A model generated the notes under the pieces. That model saw only the letters and a program-made list of their open reading frames with translations, was not told where the DNA came from and did not search any database. DNA of 64,000 bases, taken from NCBI RefSeq assembly GCF_034931425.1, contig NZ_JAYGHQ010000013.1, positions 31,473-95,472 of the forward strand. Reading direction: 5' to 3'. This DNA is from Crocosphaera sp. XPORK-15E. GTDB lineage: Bacteria; Cyanobacteriota; Cyanobacteriia; Cyanobacteriales; Microcystaceae. The translations under genes and the position numbers were made by a program. This document shows, piece by piece, positions 57,695-64,000 of the stretch (positions within the stretch are counted from its first letter, which is position 1; each line of letters opens with the position of its first letter).

Positions 57695-59103
57695 TAAAAA
57701 AGTTAATTCATCCTCAATATCGAGACCATCTTAAAGTTGGACAAAATTGGTTAATTAGGGACATTTCCCAAGGAGTTGATCGGTTTTCCAATTCTCCTAA
57801 TGCCCTGAAATCTGGTCAAGATATTCGGGATGTCTTTCCAGAAATTAGAGGACTAGAAAGCATCTTATCCGATGTTTTTCATGGCAAAAGAATTAGTTAT
57901 GAAATTAAGCATCTTTGTCGCCATTCTTCTCAACAATCTCTCCATTATTTTAATCTTTATTTTTTACTAGATCAAAATAGTGATCATCAATTATTAGTTT
58001 TAGTAGAAGAAGCCAGAGAATCCCTACATACTTTGCAAAAAATGACGCAAATCACCAAAGAAACCTTACTTTCTGTACAAGAAAAAGAAAAATTTCTTGG
58101 TATTATTACTCAACAGATTTGGCGCTCTTTGAAACTCGAAGATGTTTTAAAACTCAATATTACACAAATTCGTCAAAAATTAGACTGTTGTCGCGTCCTC
58201 ATTTATCAAGTTCACAATTTCCAAAAAAATTGGTACGGAAGAATTATTACTGAAACCGTTGCCCCAGGATGTAAAGAATTATTAGACCAGGAATTTAATA
58301 ACCCGACTCTCCATCAAAATTGGGGACAATTGTACCGCGATCAGGAGGTATTCCAAATTGAAGATATCAACCATTATGGCTTAGAAGAATCCTGGCGTAA
58401 AACCCTCCAAGATAATCAAATTGACTCTCAATTAGTCATCCCAATTTGGATTAGTGATGCCGAAGCAGAAACCTCATTTGAAATTCACCTGTGGGGACTC
58501 CTGATTATTCATCACCATACCCCCCGTTATTGGTATAAAAAAGAGATTCAAATGGTCAAAAACCTATCAGAATACCTCACTATCTCCATCCAACTCGAAA
58601 GACTAGCTATCATTGATTATCTGACACATTTACCCAATCGTCGCGCTTTTAATAGTCAATTACAACAAGAATGGGAAAGACTGGCCCGTGAGAAACAACC
58701 CCTCGCTTTAATCTTATGTGATGTTGATTATTTTTCCCGTTTTAACAAAACCTATGGACACCTCAGCGGCGATCATTGTTTAAGACAAATTGCCTCCATT
58801 TTAGCCAAAAGTATTAAACGTTCAGCAGATACTGCTGCCCGCTATGGAGGTGAAGAATTTGCTATTATTTTACCTAATACAGAAATTGAGGGGGCTTACC
58901 AAGTCGCCGAAAAAGTTCGCCAAGAAATCAACGCACTCAAAATCCCTCATCAAGAATCCCCTAAACAATATGTCACCATCAGTTTAGGGGTAGCCAGTTA
59001 CATTCCTAACACAAGCTTAACTATCGAAACCTTAATTCAAGCGGCGGATAATGCCTTATTAGCTGCTAAACAAGCGGGACGAGACTGCACTATCAAACAC
59101 TAA
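57670..59103 (+). CDS. GAF-domain diguanylate cyclase (GGDEF)
   Basis: 477 aa. A central GAF-like region is followed by a C-terminal GGDEF domain with RYGGEEFAIILPNT. Confidence 0.85.
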   Translation: MGFPVNTMIKKLIHPQYRDHLKVGQNWLIRDISQGVDRFSNSPNALKSGQDIRDVFPEIRGLESILSDVFHGKRISYEIKHLCRHSSQQSLHYFNLYFLLDQNSDHQLLVLVEEARESLHTLQKMTQITKETLLSVQEKEKFLGIITQQIWRSLKLEDVLKLNITQIRQKLDCCRVLIYQVHNFQKNWYGRIITETVAPGCKELLDQEFNNPTLHQNWGQLYRDQEVFQIEDINHYGLEESWRKTLQDNQIDSQLVIPIWISDAEAETSFEIHLWGLLIIHHHTPRYWYKKEIQMVKNLSEYLTISIQLERLAIIDYLTHLPNRRAFNSQLQQEWERLAREKQPLALILCDVDYFSRFNKTYGHLSGDHCLRQIASILAKSIKRSADTAARYGGEEFAIILPNTEIEGAYQVAEKVRQEINALKIPHQESPKQYVTISLGVASYIPNTSLTIETLIQAADNALLAAKQAGRDCTIKH

Positions 59104-59180
59104 TCTAACCTTTCCCTAACCATTTTTCTAATATTTTATTCCCAATTTTGCCCTAATCATTCATAATCCTTAAGAGAGTA

Positions 59181-60548
59181 TTGTCTGAGAAATACCGAAA
59201 AATGAATTTATTTGATCGCATTCGTTTAGGGTTAGCTGTTGGCGTTGCTAAAACCGTAACAGCAGGGGTTCGTTTCCTGGGCTTAGGGGCAGCGAGTGTC
59301 TTACCTGGGGAAATTTCCCGCCGTTTTCATCCGAGACTCTTATCCCTGCTGTGTGAGCAAGTGAAACAGGGGGTTATTCTTGTGGTGGGAACCAATGGCA
59401 AAACCACCACCTCTTTATTATTACGAACAATTTTAGAAAATCAAGGCTATAAAGTCGCCCATAATGATACAGGAGCTAACTTAATTAATGGCCTAGTTAC
59501 TACCTTATTAAATAAGACAAATTTAATTGGAAAACTCCAGGCAGATTATGCCATTTTAGAAGTGGATGAAAATATTGTTCCTCTGATTTTAAATGACTGT
59601 AAACCTCGGATTATTTTGGCATTAAATTTATTTCGAGATCAATTAGATCGTTATGGGGAAGTAGACACCATTAGTCAACGTTGGCAAAAAGCAATCGCCC
59701 CTTTAGCCTCTGATACAGTCATTATTCTTAATGCCGATGATCCAACCCTTTCTTATTTAGGACAACAATTAGCACAAAAAGTACGTTATTTTGGACTGAG
59801 TGAACCTGATTTATATTTAGAAGAAATTCCCCATGCTGTAGATTCAATCTACTGTCCAAGCTGTGGCTATCCTTTAAATTATAAAGGGGTTTATTTATCC
59901 CATTTAGGGGACTTTACTTGTCCTAGTTGTGGCTTTAGTAAGAGTCAAACTGCCTTTCATAGCAAGGATTGGCCGCAGATTTTAATTGGAGTTTATAATA
60001 AGTATAATACCTTGGCCGCGGGCTTAGTCGCTCAGGAATTAGGCATTAATACCCCCGAAATTTTTGCAACCGTTAATAACTTTAAAGCCGCCTTTGGACG
60101 GGCAGAAGAATTAACTATTGAAGGCAAGCACGTGCGGATTTTACTATCAAAAAATCCCGTAGGTATGAATGAAACAATTAGGGCAGTTAATGAGATCAAA
60201 AAGACTGGAAAATCCTCCACAACTTTGTTAGTATTAAATGATAGAACCCCTGACGGTACTGATGTTTCTTGGATCTGGGATGTAGATACAGAAACCTTGG
60301 TAAGTTTAGGAGGAAATTTAGTGGTTAGCGGCGATCGCATTTATGATTTGGCCTTGCGGTTACAATATAGTCAAGAGACTCAACCCGAAGAAGCGGATCA
60401 GGTTAAACTGATTATTAAAGAAAATCTACAAGAAGCGGTGCAAACTGCCTTAAATTTAAGTTCTGAAAATGAAACCTTACACATTATTCCTACCTATTCC
60501 GCCATGTTGGAAGTCAGAGGAATTTTGACCGGTAGACAAATTCTATAA
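59181..60548 (+). CDS. murT: MurT-like Mur-ligase-domain protein with a C-terminal DUF1727 and a Cys4 zinc ribbon
   Basis: 455 aa with VVGTNGKTTT (Mur ligase P-loop), CPSCG...CPSCG and a DUF1727-like tail. Confidence 0.7.
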   Translation: MSEKYRKMNLFDRIRLGLAVGVAKTVTAGVRFLGLGAASVLPGEISRRFHPRLLSLLCEQVKQGVILVVGTNGKTTTSLLLRTILENQGYKVAHNDTGANLINGLVTTLLNKTNLIGKLQADYAILEVDENIVPLILNDCKPRIILALNLFRDQLDRYGEVDTISQRWQKAIAPLASDTVIILNADDPTLSYLGQQLAQKVRYFGLSEPDLYLEEIPHAVDSIYCPSCGYPLNYKGVYLSHLGDFTCPSCGFSKSQTAFHSKDWPQILIGVYNKYNTLAAGLVAQELGINTPEIFATVNNFKAAFGRAEELTIEGKHVRILLSKNPVGMNETIRAVNEIKKTGKSSTTLLVLNDRTPDGTDVSWIWDVDTETLVSLGGNLVVSGDRIYDLALRLQYSQETQPEEADQVKLIIKENLQEAVQTALNLSSENETLHIIPTYSAMLEVRGILTGRQIL

Positions 60549-60736
60549 CCTAATGATAATTTTCTCTTTAACTCTTGTGGAAAAAGCCCCATAATCTGTG
60601 GAAAAAGTGCATCTCTTGTGGAGAAAACTCTCTTAACAGAGAAAGGCATTGAAAGATTTTGTAACCTTAACAGCAGACAAAAGTAGTTAACTGTGTTACT
60701 ATCTGGGGTAGGTTCATCAAAATTCCTCGATCACCT

Positions 60737-61234
60737 ATGGGCAAGGTTCTGGTGTTGAATGCCTCCTATGAACCGCTCAATATCACCAGTTGGCGAAGGG
60801 CGGTTGTCTTGTTAATCAAGGGCAAAGCTGAACGGCTTGAAAATAATGAACAGTTTATCTATACTGATTTTCCCCTACCTTCAGTCATTCGACTGCGCCA
60901 ATATGTTCGCGTCCCTTACAAAGAAATTCCTTTAACTCGACGTAATATTCTGGAACGAGATCGCCACACTTGTCAATATTGTTATTACCGAGGAGAACAA
61001 TTAACCCTAGACCATGTAATTCCCCGTTCACGAGGTGGGGGTGATACCTGGGAAAACCTCGTCACTGCCTGTGTGCGTTGTAACGTGAAAAAAGGCAACC
61101 GCACCCCCAAAGAAGCCCAGATGAATCTGTATCATACGCCTCGCCGTCCTTATAGTAGCCTACATTTTGAACTGGTCAAGCATACCAGAGGAAATCTTAA
61201 TCACGAATGGCGTAAATACGTTATTGGCATTTAA
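60737..61234 (+). CDS. HNH endonuclease
   Basis: 165 aa with the HNH motif CQYC...LTLDHVIPRSRGG...WENLVTACVRCNVKKGN. Confidence 0.8.
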   Translation: MGKVLVLNASYEPLNITSWRRAVVLLIKGKAERLENNEQFIYTDFPLPSVIRLRQYVRVPYKEIPLTRRNILERDRHTCQYCYYRGEQLTLDHVIPRSRGGGDTWENLVTACVRCNVKKGNRTPKEAQMNLYHTPRRPYSSLHFELVKHTRGNLNHEWRKYVIGI

Positions 61235-61239
61235 GGAAG

Positions 61240-61503
61240 TTAGGTGGCTTCTCCCTGGACTTCTGCTACCTGAAAGCCCATCTCACATTCGTAGAGGGAA
61301 ACTTGCTCACTTTCCATTTTAGCCAAGGAGTGGCCACAGCCTAGTTGTCCTTGATACCAGCGGGGTTGTCCCTGACGGTTGGAGAGTAAACAGCCTGGAC
61401 ACACTTGCTGGACTGATAAAATATTTTCACGGGTTAAGATAACTAACATATTAAAACTCCCATTGACCCTCAATGGCATCAAATCCATTGTAAGGGGTAT
61501 CAT
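61240..61503 (-). CDS. Hypothetical small Cys-containing protein
   Basis: 87-aa ORF with no recognisable family. It is retained only for lack of a competing frame. Confidence 0.3.
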   Translation of the reverse strand: MIPLTMDLMPLRVNGSFNMLVILTRENILSVQQVCPGCLLSNRQGQPRWYQGQLGCGHSLAKMESEQVSLYECEMGFQVAEVQGEAT

Positions 61504-61675
61504 CCAGCATTGTCGTCTAATCTCTGAAATTGCTACATAGCTTAACCTAATATGTAATTTGCAAAGCTCAGAAAACTTTTTTTCAGTTAATTGCCAATTT
61601 TTTTGTAATAGAACACAATCTTATGCTATGATGAGTAATCGTGGGTTAAAAAGCTAATTAAACCCATAACCTAAC

Positions 61676-61986
61676 GGGGGCGTGGCGGAATGGTAGACGC
61701 TGCGGACTTAAATAAATTGAGCCTTGATAGAGAAATCTAGCAAGTGTAAGCTCTCAAACTCAGGGAAACCTAAGTCTAGTATATAGATAAGGCAATCCTG
61801 AGCCAAGCCGAAACCGTAAGGTTTCGGAAGGTGCAGAGACTCGACGGGAGCTACCCTAACAGATAAAGCTGAGGGTAAAGAGAGAGTCCAATTCTCAAAG
61901 CTGAGATCAAGCAGTAGCGAAAGCTGCAAGAGAATGAAAATCCGTTGACCTTAAAAGTCGTGAGAGTTCAAGTCTCTCCGCCCCCA
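61676..61986 (+). tRNA. trnL-UAA: tRNA-Leu(UAA) interrupted by a group I intron in the anticodon loop
   Basis: The 5' exon GGGGGCGTGGCGGAATGGTAGACGCTGCGGACTT ends at U34. The 3' exon is AAAATCCGTTGACCTTAAAAGTCGTGAGAGTTCAAGTCTCTCCGCCCCCA. The acceptor stem is 7 bp (GGGGGCG/CGCCCCC), the T-arm is GAGAG-TTCAAGT-CTCTC, and the spliced anticodon loop is CUUAAAA. Confidence 0.85.
61710..61936 (+). ncRNA. Group I self-splicing intron (cyanobacterial tRNA-Leu intron)
   Basis: It is 227 nt long, inserted between U34 and A35, and ends in G. It has the same position and general sequence character as the classic cyanobacterial and plastid trnL(UAA) intron. Confidence 0.75.
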
Positions 61987-62193
61987 TAATACCCTCAAGC
62001 TGCTTCAAGAAGCCTAGGCAATAATAGACACTATTGCCGTTAAATTCCTGGTTAACTCTAGGAAATCGGCATCTTCTACTAAACCGCCAGCAGCTAAAAT
62101 GCGAATAATAGCAATTTTTTGTTACTTAATGTGGTTTGGAAATAAGGCGATCACTGTTAACTAAAGATTTGAACGGATGAGCTAAAAATACGA

Positions 62194-62874
62194 TTAAGAT
62201 CGCTGTTTCAGGATAAATTCAGCAATAGCTAAATCGACAGGGGTTGTTACTTTTAAATTAGTTTCTTCTCCTTCGACAATTTTAACGGGTAGCTGACATT
62301 TTTCAAACAAAGCAGCATCATCTGTCACTTCCCACCCTAATTGATAGCCTTTTTCATGACAATCTTTTAATAAGTTTACATCAAATCCTTGGGGGGTTTG
62401 AGCCGCCCATAAATTAGCCCGATTGGGAGTATCTTGAATTAAATAATTACTATCAACAACTTTAATGGTGTCTTTAACCGGAATGGCGGCAATTAATCCC
62501 TGACAATTAGATAATTCTAAAGCACAATTATCTAATAAATCAGCCGTGACTAAACATCTAGCTCCATCATGAATTAAAACCTGTTTAGCCTCCTTCGGTA
62601 AGGCTTTTAAACCATTAAAAACTGAAGCTTGACGAGTTTCTCCTCCTTGAATTAATTCCACAGGTTTACTTACAGAAATTGTGGATAAAATGCTCTTAAA
62701 TTCAGGAAAATCATAGGCCTGTCCAATAATACCAATCCAGTGAATTTGTTGGGATGCTTCAGCCGCTAACAATGTCCAAGTTAAAAGGGGTTTTCCTAAA
62801 AGAGTGAGGAGAAGTTTATTGCGATCGCTTCCCATGCGTTTTCCTAATCCAGCAGCAGGAATTAATAAATACAT
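62194..62874 (-). CDS. ispD: 2-C-methyl-D-erythritol 4-phosphate cytidylyltransferase
   Basis: 226 aa with LIPAAGLGKRMG...NKLL. Confidence 0.85.
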   Translation of the reverse strand: MYLLIPAAGLGKRMGSDRNKLLLTLLGKPLLTWTLLAAEASQQIHWIGIIGQAYDFPEFKSILSTISVSKPVELIQGGETRQASVFNGLKALPKEAKQVLIHDGARCLVTADLLDNCALELSNCQGLIAAIPVKDTIKVVDSNYLIQDTPNRANLWAAQTPQGFDVNLLKDCHEKGYQLGWEVTDDAALFEKCQLPVKIVEGEETNLKVTTPVDLAIAEFILKQRS

Positions 62875-62932
62875 TTTCTTGATTTTTCGATGATTTACTG
62901 TTTAATTATAACAAAAAAAGTCCCTAAATAAA

Positions 62933-63496
62933 CTAGAGGATTGTCTCAATTTCTGCTACTTTTTGATCATAGTCAGTATCATTGAATATCTCTTGACTTT
63001 CTTCTAATAAAATTGAGTGATTGAGTTGAAGCCAAGAACTACATCCTCCATATTCATTAGCATAGGCAATTAAAACAGGTTTCGGTAATAAATAAACCCG
63101 TAATAATAAGAGAAAAAGGGGTTGCCCAGGTTTCCAATTAAATCGTTCTTTAACAAATTGTTCTGTCCAAATATGGTAAGGTAATAAAAGGTTTACTTTA
63201 GAGGCTTCTTGAATCTGAAAAATATGAGTAATATTAGCCCAACTATTAATAGTAATTGTATCAGGATGCCAACCAGAAGGCACAGGGGTTACTGAAGTCT
63301 GATAAACTGACTTTAATAAATGAGGTTTTTGGTGTTCATAGGTAGGGTATAATAAAATTGGATTATGCTTGACTTTAAAATGACCACCAACTTCTCGAAT
63401 GCCACCTTTACGCAATAGCAAAATTGTTTGTCCTTTTTCTAGGGCATTAACAGCAACATCCCATTCTTTTAAAGCATGAATTAGAGGAGTTAACAT
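62933..63496 (-). CDS. DUF1802-family protein
   Basis: 187 aa with ALKEWDVAVNALEKGQTILLLRKGGI...LYPTYEHQ. Confidence 0.55.
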   Translation of the reverse strand: MLTPLIHALKEWDVAVNALEKGQTILLLRKGGIREVGGHFKVKHNPILLYPTYEHQKPHLLKSVYQTSVTPVPSGWHPDTITINSWANITHIFQIQEASKVNLLLPYHIWTEQFVKERFNWKPGQPLFLLLLRVYLLPKPVLIAYANEYGGCSSWLQLNHSILLEESQEIFNDTDYDQKVAEIETIL

Positions 63497-63609
63497 CAGT
63501 CAAAAATCAATTAAAACAAGTAAATTATAGGAGTTCCAATTACCGTAACATTTTTTTGATAATTGTCAAGTATCTAAACAAAAATTAACCTTTGACTAAC
63601 AAATATCTA

Positions 63610-64000
63610 TGAATGAAATTGCAGCAGTCATATTAGCAGGAGGTTATGGAACGAGGGTTAAACACCTACTTCCTAATGTACCAAAACCCATGGCTCCGGT
63701 GGCAGGTAAACCCTTTTTAGAATGGATTATTAGGTATCTAAAACAGCAAGGAATTACCAAAGGAATTGTATCAACAGGTTATTTAGGGGAAGTAATTGAG
63801 GAACATTTTAAACAGCAAGAAGTCAAAGGAATGGACATTTATTGTTGTCGAGAACAACAAGCTTTAGGGACAGCAGGAGGATTTTTAAATGCTGTTAATC
63901 AGAGCGAGCTATCTCCTCAAGCTTGGTTAGTCATGAATGGAGACTCTTTAATTGTAGCCCAATTTAACCAACTGGCCCATTATTTAAAAGATGATACCAT
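63610..64000 (+). CDS. Nucleotidyltransferase (NTP-transferase domain, sugar-1-phosphate nucleotidylyltransferase-like); 3'-partial, cut by the right edge
   Basis: The ATG at 63610 opens MNEIAAVILAGGYGTRVKHLLPNVPKPMAPVAGKPFLEWII..., which matches the GxGTRL N-terminus. The frame stays open to 64000. Confidence 0.7.

Noticed and set aside
60032-61929. Track ORFs 60032-60340(-) and 61708-61929(-)
   Set aside because: The first is antisense inside the MurT-like gene. The second lies wholly inside the tRNA-Leu group I intron.
1-64000. CRISPR arrays, transposases or integrases
   Set aside because: There are no regularly spaced short direct repeats and no IS or integrase-like ORFs anywhere in the window. 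The islet at 1.86-4.43 kb lacks recognisable mobility genes.

Overview
This is a cyanobacterial chromosomal window. Evidence: frequent HIP1 octamers (GCGATCGC), AT-rich non-coding DNA, a group-I-intron-containing tRNA-Leu(UAA), and photosynthesis/CCM genes (chlH, ccaA, chpX/Y-like). The gene content and GC (~38-40%) suggest a unicellular Cyanothece/Crocosphaera-like organism, but that is an inference.

Coding density is high and most genes are on the minus strand. Housekeeping genes present:
- chlH, cut by the left edge
- folE, accA, pyrD, cobK, a thiO-thiG fusion
- rlmN, gmk-remA, proB, glk, ispD, polA
- a MurT-like ligase
- an NTP-transferase gene cut by the right edge

The most unusual locus is a very AT-rich islet at ~1.86-4.43 kb, inserted between chlH and a Uma2 nuclease gene.
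- It carries a translationally coupled two-gene operon: a small TRAFAC-type P-loop GTPase (271 aa) followed by a 2-TM membrane protein (203 aa). This is a candidate undescribed defence or conflict module.
- Downstream are an orphan HicB-like antitoxin, an intact vapBC pair bracketed by 108-bp direct repeats, and a decayed PIN fragment.

Other notable loci:
- A membrane-remodelling neighbourhood at 26.5-33.9 kb: a bacterial dynamin-like protein divergent from an unknown 430-aa protein, plus a GST and a flotillin-NfeD operon. The flotillin contains four in-frame 87-bp tandem repeats.
- An identical 32-bp TGAACTTAT-repeat element lies upstream of both nfeD and floT.
- A Ras-like small GTPase overlaps a GAF-GGDEF diguanylate cyclase.
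- A CHASE hybrid histidine kinase is coupled to a REC-PAS-GGDEF regulator.
- A PlsY-like/PEP-utilising-enzyme fusion is followed at 1-nt spacing by a PD40 propeller protein.
- There are two diverged lpxB-related paralogues; one sits next to an MsbA-like exporter.
- A frameshifted, N-terminally truncated Roc-COR pseudogene abuts a cluster of GTAGGG...CCCTAC palindromic elements.
- Two long non-coding blocks are unexplained (16.9-17.3 kb and 41.0-41.5 kb); the second is GC-rich and capped by a perfect 19-bp hairpin.

No CRISPR array, rRNA, transposase or integrase was recognised.
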